A program made the position numbers and the translations under genes. Under the pieces are notes generated by a model. It worked only from the letters and a program-made list of their open reading frames with translations, was not told the origin of the DNA and made no database searches. Below, piece by piece: positions 49,801 to 62,767 of a stretch of DNA of 64,000 bases; within the stretch, counting starts at the first letter, position 1; each line of letters starts with the position of its first letter. Source of the stretch: Eledone cirrhosa (Eukaryota); NCBI GenBank assembly GCA_964016885.1, contig OZ024743.1, positions 136,276,001 to 136,340,000 on the forward strand. The letters are read 5' to 3'.

Positions 49801-51139
49801 CGTGTTTGGTGCTTGCTGCTTGCTGCTTGGTGTTTGGTGCTTGGTGATTGGTGCTTGGTGTTTGGTGCTTGGTGATTGGTGCTTGGTGTTTGGTGTTTGG
49901 TGCTAGGTGCTTGGTGCTTGGTGTTTGGTGCTTGGTGCTTGGTGTTTGGTGTTTGGTGCTTGGTGCTTGGGGCTTGGTGTTTGGTGCTTGCTGCTTGGTG
50001 TTTGGTGCTTGCTGCTTGCTGCTTGGTGTTTGGTGTTTGGTGTTTGGTGCTTAGTGTTTGGTGGTTGGTGCTTGGTGCTTGGTGTTAAGTGTTTGGTGCT
50101 TGGTGCTTGGTGGTTGGTGCTTCGTGCTTGGTGCTTGGTGTTTGGTGCATGGTGCTTGATGTTTGGGGCTTGGTGCCTGGTGCTTGGTGTTTGGTGCTTG
50201 GTGCTTGGTGCTTGGTGTTTGGTGTTTGGTGATTGGTGCTTGGTGTTTGGTGCTTAACGCTTGGTGTTTGGTGCTTGGTGCTTGGTGCTTGGTGATTAGT
50301 GTTTGGTGCTTGGTGCTTGGGGTTTGGTGTTTTGTGTTTGCTGTTTGGTGTATGCGGTTTGGTGTCTGCTTTTTGGTGTTTGGTGTTTGCTGTATGGTGT
50401 TTGCAGTTTCGTGTTTGCTGTTTGGTGTTTGGTGCTTGGTGCTTGGTGCTTGGTGTTTGGTGCTTGGTGCTTGGTGCTTGGTGTTTGGCGTTTGCTGTTT
50501 GCTGTTTGCTGTTTGGTGTTTGCTGTTTGGTGTTTGCTGTTTGGTGTTTGGTGCTTGGTGCTTGGTGGCTGGTGTTTGGTGCTTGGTGTTTGGATTTTGG
50601 TCCTTGGTGCTTGGTGCCTGGTGTTTCGTGCTTGGTGCTTGGTGCTTGGTGTTTGGTGTTTGGTGCTTGGTGTTTGGTGTTTGGTATTTGGTGCTTGGTG
50701 CTTGGTGCTTGGTGTTTGGTGCTTGGTGCTTGGTGCTTGGTGTTTGATGCTGCGTGCTTGGTGTTTGGTGTTTGGTGCTTGGTGCTTGGTGTTTGGTGAT
50801 TGGAGCTTGGTGCCTGGTGCTTGTTGTTTGGTGCCTGGTGCTTGTTGTTTGGTGTTTGGTGCTTGGTGCTTGGTGTTTGGTGCTTGGTGCTTGGTGCTTG
50901 GTGTTTGGTGCTTGGTGCTTGGTGTTTGGTGCTTGGTGCTTGGTGCTTGGTGCTTGGTGTTAGGTGTTTGGTGCTTGGTGCTTGGTGTTTGATGTTTGGT
51001 CTTTGGTGCTTGGTGTTTGTTGTTTGGTGCTTGGTGCTTGGTGTTTGGTGTTTGGTGCTTGCTGCTTGGTGCTTGGTGTTTGGTGGTTGGTGTTTGGTGT
51101 TTGGTGTTTGGTGCTTGGTGCTTGGTGTTTGGTGCTTGC

Positions 51140-54100
51140 TGCTTGCTGCTTGGGTTTTGGTGCTTGGTGATTGGTGCTTGGTGTTTTGCGCTTGGTGCTT
51201 GGTGTTTGGTGTTTGGTGTTTGGTGCTTGGTGCTTGGTGCTTGGTGCTTGGTGTTTGGTGCTGCATGCTTGGTGTTTGGTGTCTGGAGTTTGGTGCTTGG
51301 TGCTTGGTGCCTGGTGTTTCGTGCTTGGTGCTTGATGCTTGGTGTTTGGTGTTTGGTGCTTGGTGTTTGGTGTTTGGTACTTGGTGTTTGGTGCTTGGTG
51401 CCTGGTGCTTGGTGTTTGGTGCTTGGTGCTTGGTGTTTGGTGATTGGTGCTTGGTGTTTGGTGATTGGTGCTTGATGCTTGGTGCTTGGTGTTAGGTGTT
51501 TGGTGCTTGGTGCTTGGTGTTTGATGTTTGGTCCTAGGTGCTTGGTGTTTGGTGTTTGGTGCTTGGTGCTTGTTGTTTGGTGTTTGGTGCTTGCTGCTTG
51601 CTGCTTGGTGTTTGTTGCTTGGTGTTTTGTGCTTGATGCTTGGTGTTTATTGTTTGGTGCTAGGGGCTTAGTGCTTGGTGCTTGGTGTTTGGTGCTTGGT
51701 GCTTGCTGTTTGGTGTTTGGTGCTTGGTGCGTGGGACTTAGTGTTTGGTGTTTGGTGCTTGGTGTTTGGTGCTTGGTGTTTGGTGCTTGGTGTTTGGGGC
51801 TTGGTGTTCGGTGCTTGGTGCCTGGTGCTTGGGGCTTGGTGTTTGGTGTTTGGTGCTTGGTGCTTGGTGTTTGATGTTGGGTGCTTGGTGCTTGGTGTTT
51901 GGTGTTTGGTGCTTGGTGTTTGGTGTTTGGTGCTTGGTGCTTGGTGTTGGTGTTTGGTGCTTGGTGCTTGGGGATTGGTGTTTGGTGCTTGGTGCTTGGT
52001 GTTTGGTGTTTGGTGCTTGGTGCTTGGGGCTTGGTGTTTGGTGCTTGGTGCTTTGTGCTTGGTGTTTACTGTTTGGTGTTTGGTGCTTGGTGTTTGGTGC
52101 TTGGTGCTTGGTGCTGGGTGGTTGGTGTTTGGTGCTTGGTGCTTGGTGTTTGGTGCTTGGTGCTTGGTGCTTGTTGTTTGGTGCTTGGTGCTTGGTGCTT
52201 GGTCTTTGGTGCTTGGAGTTTGGTGGTTGGTGCTTGGTGCTTGGTGTTTGGTGTTTGGTGTTTGCTGTTTGGTGTCTGCTTTTTGGTATTTAGTGTTTGC
52301 TGTATGGTGTTTGCTGTTTCGTATTTGGTGCTTGGTGTTTCGTGCTTGGTGTCTAGTGTTTGGGTTTTGGTGTTTGGTGCTTGGTGCTTAGTGTTTGGTG
52401 TTTGTGCTTGGTGGTTGGTGTTTGGTGTTTGGTGCTTGGTGTTTGGTGCTTGGTGCATTGTGCCTGCTGTTTGGTGCTGGGTGTATGGTGTTTGGTGCTT
52501 GGTGCTTGGTGCTTGGTGTTTGGTGTTTGGTGCTTGGTGTTTGATGCTTGTTGCTTGGTGCTTGATGTTTTGTGTTTGGTGTTTGGTGCTTGGTGTATGT
52601 ACTTGGTGCTTGGTGCTTGGTGTTTGGTGCTTGGTTCTTGGTGCTTGGTGCTTGGTGCTTGGTGTTTGGTGCTTGGTGCTTGGTGTTTGGTGCTTGGTGT
52701 TTGGTGTTTGGTGCTTGGTGTTTGGTACTTGGTGCTTGGTGCTTGGTGTTAAGTGTTTGGTGCTTGGTGTTTGGTGCTTCGTGCTTGGTGCTTGGTGTTT
52801 GGTGGATGGTGCTTGGTGTTTGGGGCTTGGTGCCTGGTGCTTTGTGTTTGGAGCTAGGTGCTTGGTGCTTGGTCTTTGGTGTTTGGTGCTTGGTGCTTGG
52901 TGCTTGGTGTTTGGTGCTTGGTGCTTGGTGCTTGGTTATTAGTGTTTGGTGCTTGCTGCTTGGGGTTTGGTGTTTGGTGCTTGGTGCTTTGTGTTTGGTG
53001 TTTGCTGTATGGTGTTTGCTGTTTCGTGTTTGGTGTTTGCTGTTTGGTGTTTAATGCTTGGTGCTTGGAGCTTGGTGTTTGGTGCTTGGTGCTTGGTGCT
53101 TGGTGCTTGGCGTTTGCTCTTTGCTGTTTGGTGTTTGGTGCTTGCTGTTTGGTGCTTGGTGTTTGGTCTTTGGTGTTTGGTGCTTGGTGCTTGGTGTTTG
53201 GTGCTTGGTGCTGGGTGTTTGGTGCTTGGTGCTTGGTGTTTGGTGCTTGGTGCTTGATGCTTGGTGCTTGGTGTTTGGTCCTTGGTGCTTGGTGCTTGGT
53301 CTTTGGTGCTTGGGGTTTGGTGTTTGGTGCTTGGTGCTTGGTGTTTGGTGCTTGGTGCTTGGTGCTTGGTGTTTGGTGTTTGGTGCTTGCTGCTTGGTGC
53401 TTGGTGTTTGGTGCTTGGCACTTGGTGATTAGTGTTTGGTGCATGGTGCTTGGTGTTTGTTGTTTGGTGCTTGGTGCTTGGTGTTTGGTGCTTGGTGCTT
53501 GCTGTTTGGTGTTTGGTGTTTGGTGTTTGGTGCTTGGTGCTTGGTGTTTGGTGTTTGGTGTTTGGTGTTTGGTGTTTGGTGCTTGCTGCTTGGTGCTTGG
53601 TGTTTGGTGCTTGGCACTTGGTGATTAGTGTTTGGTGCATGGTGCTTGGTGTTTGTTGTTTGGTGTTTGGTGCTTGGTGCTTGGTGTTTGGAGCTTGGTG
53701 TTTGGTGCTTGGTGTATGTACTTGGTGCTTGGTGCTTGGTGTTTGGTGCTTGGTTCTTGGTGTTTGGTGCTTGGTGCTTGGTGCTTGGTGTTTGGTGCTT
53801 GGTGCTTGGTGTTTGGTACTTGGTGCTTGGTGTTTGGTGTTTGGTGCTTGGTGTTTGGTGCTTGGTGCTTGGTGCTTGGTGTTAAGTGTTTGGTGCTTGG
53901 TGCTTGGTGTTTGGTGCTTCGTGCTTGGTGCTTGGTGTTTGGTGCATGGTGCTTGATGTTTGGGGCTTGGTGCCTGGTGCTTGGTGTTTGGTGCTTGGTG
54001 CTTGGTGCTTGGTGTTTGGTGTTTGCTGCTTGGTGCTTGGTGTTTGGTGCTTGGTGTTTGGTGCTTGGTGTTCGGTGCTTGGTGCTTGGTGCTTGGTACT

Positions 54101-57100
54101 TGGTTTTAGGTTTTTGGTGCTTGGGGCTTGGTGTTTGGTGCTTGGTGCTTGGTGCTTGGTGCTTGGTGTTAGGTGTTTGGTGCTTGGTGCTTGGTGTTTG
54201 ATGTTTGGTCCTTGGTGCCTGGTGTTTGGTGTTTGGTGCTTGGTGCTTGGTGTTTGGTGTTTGTTGCTTGCTGCTTGGTGCTTGGTGTTTTGTGTTTGGA
54301 GTTTGGTGCTTGGTGTTTGGTGCTTCGGTCTTGGTGCTTGGTGTTTGGTGCTTGGTGTTTGGTGCTTGGTGCTTGGTGCCTGGTGCTTGGTGTTAGGTGT
54401 TTGGTGCTTGGTGCTTGGTGTTTGATGTTTGGTCCTTGGTGCTTGGTGTTTGGTGTTTGGTGCTTGGTGTTTGGTGTTTGGTGTTTGGTGCTTGGTGCTT
54501 GGTGTTTGGTGCTTGCCGCTTGCTGCTTGGGTTTTGGTGCTTGGTGATTGGTGCTTGGTGTTTTGCGCTTGGTGCTTGGTGTTTGGTGTTAGGTGTTTGG
54601 TGCTTGGTGCTTGGTGCTTGGTGTTTGGTGCTGCGTGCTTGGTGTTTGGTGTCTGGAGTTTGGTGCTTGGTGCTTGGTGCCTGGTGTTTCGTGCTTGGTG
54701 CTTGGTGCTTGGTGTTTGGTGTTTGGTGCTTGGTGTTTGGTGTTTGGTACTTGGTGTTTGGTGCTTGGTGCCTGGTGCTTGGTGTTTGGTGCTTGGTGCT
54801 TAGTGTTTGGTGATTGGTGCTTGGTGTTTGGTGATTGGTGCTTGATGCTTGGTGCTTGGTGTTAGGTGTTTGGTGCTTGGTGCTTGGTGTTTGATGTTTG
54901 GTCCTTGGTGCTTGGTGTTTGGTGTTTGGTGCTTGGTGCTTGTTGTTTGGTGTTTGGTGCTTGCTGCTTGCTGCTTGGTGTTTGTTGCTTGGTGTTTTGT
55001 GCTTGATGCTTGGTGTTTGTTGTTTGGTGCTAGGGGCTTAGTGCTTGGTGCTTGGTGTTTGGTGCTTGGTGCTTGCTGTTTGGTGTTTGGTGCTTGCTGC
55101 GTGGGACTTAGTGTTTGGTGTTTGGTGCTTGGTGTTTGGTGCTTGGTGTTTGGTGCTTGGTGTTTGGGGCTTGGTGTTCGGTGCTTGGTGCCTGGTGCTT
55201 GGGGCTTGGTGTTTGGTGTTTGGTGCTTGGTGCTTGGTGTTTGATGTTGGGTCCTTGGTGCTTGGTGTTTGGTGTTTGGTGCTTGGTGTTTGGTGTTTGG
55301 TGCTTGGTGCTTGGTGTTGGTGTTTGGTGCTTGGTGCTTGGGGCTTGGTGTTTGGTGCTTGGTGCTTGGTGTTTGGTGTTTGGTGCTTGGTGCTTGGGGC
55401 TTGGTGTTTGGTGCTTGGTGCTTTGTGCTTGGTGTTTAGTGTTTGGTGTTTGGTGCTTGGTGTTTGGTGCTTGGTGCTTGGTGCTGGGTGGTTGGTGTTT
55501 GGTGCTTGGTGCTTGGTGTTTGGTGCTTGGTGCTTGGTGCTTGTTTGGTGCTTGGTGCTTGGTGCTTGGTCTTTGGTGCTTGGAGTTTGGTGGTTGGTGC
55601 TTGGTGCTTGGTGTTTGGTGTTTGGTGCTTGGTGCTTGGTGCTTGGTGTTTGGTGTTTGGTGTTTGCTGTTTGGTGTCTGCTTTTTGGTATTTAGTGTTT
55701 GCTGTATGGTGTTTGCTGTTTCGTATTTGGTGCTTGGTGTTTCGTGCTTGGTGTCTAGTGTTTGGGTTTTGGTGTTTGGTGCTTGGTGCTTAGTGTTTGG
55801 TGTTTGTGCTTGGTGGTTGGTGTTTGGTGTTTGGTGCTTGGTGTTTGGTGCTTGGTGCATTGTGCCTGCTGTTTGGTGCTGGGTGTATGGTGTTTGGTGC
55901 TTGGTGCTTGGTGCTTGGTGTTTGGTGTTTGGTGCTTGGTGTTTGATGCTTGTTGCTTGGTGCTTGATGTTTTGTGTTTGGTGTTTGGTGCTTGGTGTAT
56001 GTACTTGGTGCTTGGTGCTTGGTGTTTGGTGCTTGGTTCTTGGTGCTTGGTGCTTGGTGCTTGGTGTTTGGTGCTTGGTGCTTGGTGTTTGGTGCTTGGT
56101 GTTTGGTGTTTGGTGCTTGGTGTTTGGTACTTGGTGCTTGGTGCTTGGTGTTAAGTGTTTGGTGCTTGGTGTTTGGTGCTTCGTGCTTGGTGCTTGGTGT
56201 TTGGTGGATGGTGCTTGGTGTTTGGGGCTTGGTGCCTGGTGCTTTGTGTTTGGAGCTAGGTGCTTGGTGCTTGGTCTTTGGTGTTTGGTGCTTGGTGCTT
56301 GGTGCTTGGTGTTTGGTGCTTGGTGCTTGGTGCTTGGTTATTAGTGTTTGGTGCTTGCTGCTTGGGGTTTGGTGTTTGGTGCTTGGTGCTTTGTGTTTGG
56401 TGTTTGCTGTATGGTGTTTGCTGTTTCGTGTTTGGTGTTTGCTGTTTGGTGTTTAATGCTTGGTGCTTGGAGCTTGGTGTTTGGTGCTTGGTGCTTGGTG
56501 CTTGGTGCTTGGCGTTTGCTCTTTGCTGTTTGGTGTTTGGTGCTTGCTGTTTGGTGCTTGGTGTTTGGTCTTTGGTGTTTGGTGCTTGGTGCTTGGTGTT
56601 TGGTGCTTGGTGCTGGGTGTTTGGTGCTTGGTGCTTGGTGTTTGGTGCTTGGTGCTTGATGCTTGGTGCTTGGTGTTTGGTCCTTGGTGCTTGGTGCTTG
56701 GTCTTTGGTGCTTGGGGTTTGGTGTTTGGTGCTTGGTGCTTGGTGTTTGGTGCTTGGTGCTTGGTGCTTGGTGTTTGGTGTTTGGTGCTTGCTGCTTGGT
56801 GCTTGGTGTTTGGTGCTTGGCACTTGGTGATTAGTGTTTGGTGCATGGTGCTTGGTGTTTGTTGTTTGGTGCTTGGTGCTTGGTGTTTGGTGCTTGGTGC
56901 TTGCTGTTTGGTGTTTGGTGTTTGGTGTTTGGTGCTTGGTGCTTGGTGTTTGGTGTTTGGTGTTTGGTGTTTGGTGTTTGGTGCTTGCTGCTTGGTGCTT
57001 GGTGTTTGGTGCTTGGCACTTGGTGATTAGTGTTTGGTGCATGGTGCTTGGTGTTTGTTGTTTGGTGTTTGGTGCTTGGTGCTTGGTGTTTGGAGCTTGG

Positions 57101-59070
57101 TGTTTGGTGCTTGGTGTATGTACTTGGTGCTTGGTGCTTGGTGTTTGGTGCTTGGTTCTTGGTGTTTGGTGCTTGGTGCTTGGTGCTTGGTGTTTGGTGC
57201 TTGGTGCTTGGTGTTTGGTACTTGGTGCTTGGTGTTTGGTGTTTGGTGCTTGGTGTTTGGTGCTTGGTGCTTGGTGCTTGGTGTTAAGTGTTTGGTGCTT
57301 GGTGCTTGGTGTTTGGTGCTTCGTGCTTGGTGCTTGGTGTTTGGTGCATGGTGCTTGATGTTTGGGGCTTGGTGCCTGGTGCTTGGTGTTTGGTGCTTGG
57401 TGCTTGGTGCTTGGTGTTTGGTGTTTGCTGCTTGGTGCTTGGTGTTTGGTGCTTGGTGTTTGGTGCTTGGTGTTCGGTGCTTGGTGCTTGGTGCTTGGTA
57501 CTTGGTTTTAGGTTTTTGGTGCTTGGGGCTTGGTGTTTGGTGCTTGGTGCTTGGTGCTTGGTGCTTGGTGTTAGGTGTTTGGTGCTTGGTGCTTGGTGTT
57601 TGATGTTTGGTCCTTGGTGCCTGGTGTTTGGTGTTTGGTGCTTGGTGCTTGGTGTTTGGTGTTTGTTGCTTGCTGCTTGGTGCTTGGTGTTTTGTGTTTG
57701 GAGTTTGGTGCTTGGTGTTTGGTGCTTCGGTCTTGGTGCTTGGTGTTTGGTGCTTGGTGTTTGGTGCTTGGTGCTTGGTGCCTGGTGCTTGGTGTTAGGT
57801 GTTTGGTGCTTGGTGCTTGGTGTTTGATGTTTGGTCCTTGGTGCTTGGTGTTTGGTGTTTGGTGCTTGGTGTTTGGTGTTTGGTGTTTGGTGCTTGGTGC
57901 TTGGTGTTTGGTGCTTGCCGCTTGCTGCTTGGGTTTTGGTGCTTGGTGATTGGTGCTTGGTGTTTTGCGCTTGGTGCTTGGTGTTTGGTGTTAGGTGTTT
58001 GGTGCTTGGTGCTTGGTGCTTGGTGCTTGGTGTTTGGTGCTGCGTGCTTGGTGTTTGGTGTCTGGAGTTTGGTGCTTGGTGCTTGGTGCCTGGTGTTTCG
58101 TGCTTGGTGCTTGGTGCTTGGTGTTTGGTGTTTGGTGCTTGGTGTTTGGTGTTTGGTACTTGGTGTTTGGTGCTTGGTGCCTGGTGCTTGGTGTTTGGTG
58201 CTTGGTGCTTAGTGTTTGGTGATTGGTGCTTGGTGTTTGGTGATTGGTGCTTGATGCTTGGTGCTTGGTGTTAGGTGTTTGGTGCTTGGTGCTTGGTGTT
58301 TGATGTTTGGTCCTTGGTGCTTGGTGTTTGGTGTTTGGTGCTTGGTGCTTGTTGTTTGGTGTTTGGTGCTTGCTGCTTGCTGCTTGGTGTTTGTTGCTTG
58401 GTGTTTTGTGCTTGATGCTTGGTGTTTGTTGTTTGGTGCTAGGGGCTTAGTGCTTGGTGCTTGGTGTTTGGTGCTTGGTGCTTGCTGTTTGGTGTTTGGT
58501 GCTTGCTGCGTGGGACTTAGTGTTTGGTGTTTGGTGCTTGGTGTTTGGTGCTTGGTGTTTGGTGCTTGGTGTTTGGGGCTTGGTGTTCGGTGCTTGGTGC
58601 CTGGTGCTTGGGGCTTGGTGTTTGGTGTTTGGTGCTTGGTGCTTGGTGTTTGATGTTGGGTCCTTGGTGCTTGGTGTTTGGTGTTTGGTGTTTGGTGCTT
58701 GGTGCTTGGTGTTGGTGTTTGGTGCTTGGTGCTTGGGGCTTGGTGTTTGGTGCTTGGTGCTTGGTGTTTGGTGTTTGGTGCTTGGTGCTTGGGGCTTGGT
58801 GTTTGGTGCTTGGTGCTTTGTGCTTGGTGTTTAGTGTTTGGTGTTTGGTGCTTGGTGTTTGGTGCTTGGTGCTTGGTGCTGGGTGGTTGGTGTTTGGGGC
58901 TTGGTGCTTGGTGTTTGGTGCTTGGTGCTTGGTGCTTGTTTGGTGCTTGGTGCTTGGTGCTTGGTCTTTGGTGCTTGGAGTTTGGTGGTTGGTGCTTGGT
59001 GCTTGGTGTTTGGTGTTTGGTGTTTGCTGTTTGGTGTCTGCTTTTTGGTATTTAGTGTTTGCTGTATGGT
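51140..59070 (+). repeat. Tandem 3.4-kb HOR, about 2.3 copies (offsets 3370, 3402, 3409)
   Basis: Markers are GTTTTGCGCTT (about 51183/54560/57962), GGTGGATGG (52801/56203), GGCACTT (53417/56819) and GCTAGGGGCTTAG (51659/55029/58438). ORF-track pairs are 52360/55762, 53632/57034 and 54849/58258. Confidence 0.92.
53380..53665 (+). repeat. Local duplication, offset 196 bp (28 units), also present in the next HOR copy at about 56780-57070
   Basis: GCTGCTT...GGCACTTGGTGATTAGTGTTTGGTGCATGG occurs at 53417 and 53613, and again at 56819 and 57015. Confidence 0.88.
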
Positions 59071-59099
59071 GTTTGGTGTTTGGTGTTTGGTGCTTGGTG

Positions 59100-59715
59100 T
59101 TTGGTGCTTGGTGTTTGGTGTTTAGTGCTTGGTGTCTGGTGTTTGGTGCTTGGTGTTTGGTGTTTGGTGCTTGGTGCTTGGTGTTGGTGTTTGGTGTTTG
59201 GTGCTTGGTGCTTGGTGTTTGGTGTTTGGTGCTGGGTGCTTGGAGTTTGGTGCTTGGTGTTTGGTGCTTAGTGCTTGTTGTTTGGTGTTTGGTGCTTGGT
59301 GTTTGGTGTTTGGTGTTTGACGCTTGGTTTTTGCTGCTTGTTGCTTGGTGCTTGTTGCTTGGTGTTTGGCGTTTGGTGCTTGGTGCTTGGTGTTTGGTGC
59401 TTGGTGCTTGGTGTTTGGTGTTTGGTGCTTGGTGCCTGGTGCTTGTTGTTTGGTGTTTGGTGCTTGGTGCTTGGTGTTTGGTGTTTAGTGCTTGGTGTCT
59501 GGTGTTTGGTGCTTGGTGTTTGGTGTTTGGTGCTTGGTGCTTGGTGTTGGTGTTTGGTGTTTGGTGCTTGGTGCTTGGTGTTTGGTGTTTGGTGCTGGGT
59601 GCTTGGAGTTTGGTGCTTGGTGTTTGGTGCTTAGTGCTTGTTGTTTGGTGTTTGGTGCTTGGTGTTTGGTGTTTGGTGTTTGACGCTTGGTTTTTGCTGC
59701 TTGTTGCTTGGTGCT
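59100..59715 (+). repeat. About 250-bp direct repeat, offset 363 bp
   Basis: GTTTAGTGCTTGGTGTCTGG at 59120/59483 and GACGCTTGGTTTTTGC at 59319/59682. The ORF-track entries 59129/59492 are identical. Confidence 0.87.
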
Positions 59716-60639
59716 TGGTGCTTGGTGTTCTGTGTTTGGTGCTTGGTGCTTGGTGCCTGGTGCTTGGTGCTTGGTGCTTGTTGTTTGGTGCTTGGTGCTT
59801 GGTGATTAGTGTTTGGTGCTTGGTGCTTGGTGTTTGGTGTTTGGTGTTTCGTGCTTGGTGTCTAGTGTTTGGGTTTTGGTGTTTGGTGCTTGGTGCTTAG
59901 TGTTTGGTGTTTGTGCTTGGTGCTTGGTGTTTGGTGTTTGGTGCTTGGTGTTTGGTGCTTGGTGCTTTGTGCCTGCTGTTTGGTGCTAGGTGTATGGTGT
60001 TTGGTGCTTGGTGCTTGGTGTTTGGTGTTTGGTGTTTGGTGTATGGTGTTTGATGCTTGTTGCTTGGTGCTTGATGTTTTGTGTTTGGTGTTTGGTGCTT
60101 GGTGTATGTACTTGGTGCTTGGTGTTTGGTGTTTGGTTCTTGGTGCTTGGTGCTTGGTGCTTGGTGCTTGGTGTTTGGTGCTTGGTGCTTGGTGTTTGGT
60201 GCTTGGTGTTTGGTACTTGGTGCTTGGTGCTTGGTGTTAAGTGTTTGGTGCTTGGTGTTTGGTGCTTCGTGCTTGGTGCTTGGTGTTTGGTGGATGGTGC
60301 TTGGTGTTTGGGGCTTGGTGCCTGGTGCTTTGTGTTTGGTGCTAGGTGCTTGGTGCTCGGTCTTTGGTGTTTGGTGCTTGGTGCTTGGTGCTTGGTGCTT
60401 GGTGCTTGGTGTTTGGTGCTTGGTGCTTGGTGCTTGGTGCTTGGCGTTTGCTCTTTGCTGTTTGGTGTTTGGTGCTTTCTGTTTGGTGTTTGGTGTTTGG
60501 TGTTTGGTGTTTGGTGCTTGCTGTTTGGTGCTTGGTGCTTGGTGTTTGGTCTTTGGTGTTTGGTGCTTGGTGCTTGGCGTTTGGGGCTTGGTGCTTGGTG
60601 CTGGGTGTTTGGTGCTTGGTGCTTGGTGTTTGGTGCTTG

Positions 60640-62767
60640 GTGCTTGATGCTTGGTGCTTGGTGTTTGGTCCTTGGTGCTTGGTGCTTGGTCTTTGGTGCT
60701 TGGGGTTTGGTGTTTGGTGCTTGGTGCTTGGTGTTTGGTGCTTGGTGCTTGGTGCTTGGTGTTTGGTGTTTGGTGCTTGCTGCTTGGTGCTTGGTGTTTG
60801 GTGCTTGGTGCTTGGTGATTAGTGTTTGGTGCATGGTGCTTGGTGTTTGTTGTTTGGTGCTTGGTGCTTGGTGTTTGGTGCTTGGTGCTTGCTGTTTGGT
60901 GTTTGGTGTTTGGTGCTTGGTGCTTGGTGTTTGGTGTTTGGTATTTGGTGTTTGGTGTTTGGTGCTTGGTGCTTGGTGTTTGGTGCTTGGTGCTTGGTGC
61001 TTGGTGCTTGGTGTTTGGTGCTTGGTTCTTGGTGTTTGGTGCTCGGTGCTTGGTGCTTGGTGTTTGGTGCTTGGTGCTTGGTGTTTGGTACTTGGTGCTT
61101 GGTGTTTGGTGTTTGGTGCTTGGTGTTTGGTGCTTGGTGCTTGGTGCTTGGTGTTAAGTGTTTGGTGCTTGGTGCTTGGTGTTTGGTGCTTCGTGCTTGG
61201 TGCTTGGTGTTTGGTGCATGGTGCTTGATGTTTGGGGCTTGGTGCCTGGTGCTTGGTGTTTGGTGCTTGGTGCTTGGTGCTTGGTGTTTGGTGTTTGGTG
61301 CTTGGTGCTTGGTGTTTGGTGCTTGGTGTTTGGTGCTTGGTGTTCGGTGCTTGGTGCTTGGTGCTTGGTACTTGGTGTTAGGTTTTTGGTGCTTGGGGCT
61401 TGGTGTTTCATGTTTGGTCCTTGGTGCTTGGTGTTTGGTGTTTGGTGCTTGGTGCTTGGTGTTTCGTGTTTGGTGCTTGCTGCTTGCTGCTTGGTGTTTG
61501 GTGCTTGGTGATTGGTGCTTGGTGTTTGGTGCTTGGTGGTTGGTGCTTGGTGTTTGGTGTTTGGTTCTAGGTGCTTGGTGCTTGGTGTTTGGTGCTTGGT
61601 GCTTGGTCTTTGGTGCTTGGTGCTTGGTGCTTGGGGCTTGGTGTTTGGTGCTTGCTGCTTGGTGTTTGGTGCTTGCTGCTTGGTGTTTGGTGTTTGGTGT
61701 TTGGTGCTTGATGCTTGGTGCTTGGTGTTTGGTCCTTGGTGCTTGGTGCTTGGTCTTTGGTGCTTGGGGTTTGGTGTTTGGTGCTTGGTGCTTGGTGTTT
61801 GGTGCTTGGTGCTTGGTGCTTGGTGTTTGGTGTTTGGTGCTTGCTGCTTGGTGCTTGGTGTTTGGTGCTTGGTGCTTGGTGATTAGTGTTTGGTGCATGG
61901 TGCTTGGTGTTTGTTGTTTGGTGCTTGGTGCTTGGTGTTTGGTGCTTGGTGCTTGCTGTTTGGTGTTTGGTGTTTGGTGCTTGGTGCTTGGTGTTTGGTG
62001 TTTGGTATTTGGTGTTTGGTGTTTGGTGCTTGGTGCTTGGTGTTTGGTGCTTGGTGCTTGGTGCTTGGTGCTTGGTGTTTGGTGCTTGGTTCTTGGTGTT
62101 TGGTGCTTGGTGCTTGGTGCTTGGTGTTTGGTGCTTGGTGCTTGGTGTTTGGTACTTGGTGCTTGGTGTTTGGTGTTTGGTGCTTGGTGTTTGGTGCTTG
62201 GTGCTTGGTGCTTGGTGTTAAGTGTTTGGTGCTTGGTGCTTGGTGTTTGGTGCTTCGTGCTTGGTGCTTGGTGTTTGGTGCATGGTGCTTGATGTTTGGG
62301 GCTTGGTGCCTGGTGCTTGGTGTTTGGTGCTTGGTGCTTGGTGCTTGGTGTTTGGTGTTTGGTGCTTGGTGCTTGGTGTTTGGTGCTTGGTGTTTGGTGC
62401 TTGGTGTTCGGTGCTTGGTGCTTGGTGCTTGGTACTTGGTGTTAGGTTTTTGGTGCTTGGGGCTTGGTGTTTCATGTTTGGTCCTTGGTGCTTGGTGTTT
62501 GGTGTTTGGTACTTGGTGCTTGGTGTTTCGTGTTTGGTGCTTGCTGCTTGCTGCTTGGTGTTTGGTGCTTGGTGATTGGTGCTTGGTGTTTGGTGCTTGG
62601 TGGTTGGTGCTTGGTGTTTGGTGTTTGGTTCTAGGTGCTTGGTGCTTGGTGTTTGGTGCTTGGTGCTTGGTCTTTGGTGCTTGGTGCTTGGTGCTTGGGG
62701 CTTGGTGTTTGGTGCTTGCTGCTTGGTGTTTGGTGCTTGCTGCTTGGTGTTTGGTGTTTGGTGTTTG
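60640..62767 (+). repeat. Tandem 1064-bp HOR (152 units), two copies
   Basis: GCTTGATGC at 60642/61706, GTTTCATG at about 61405/62469 and GGTTCTAGG at 61563/62627. ORF-track pairs are 60822/61886, 61158/62222 and 61512/62576. Confidence 0.92.

Noticed and set aside
2445-62475. Minus-strand TKHQAPS-repeat ORFs resembling mucin-like or His-rich proteins (e.g. 50085-51266)
   Set aside because: They are the reverse reading of the same satellite. They mostly start where a variant creates CAT on the + strand, lack a signal peptide or non-repetitive termini, and show no preferred frame.
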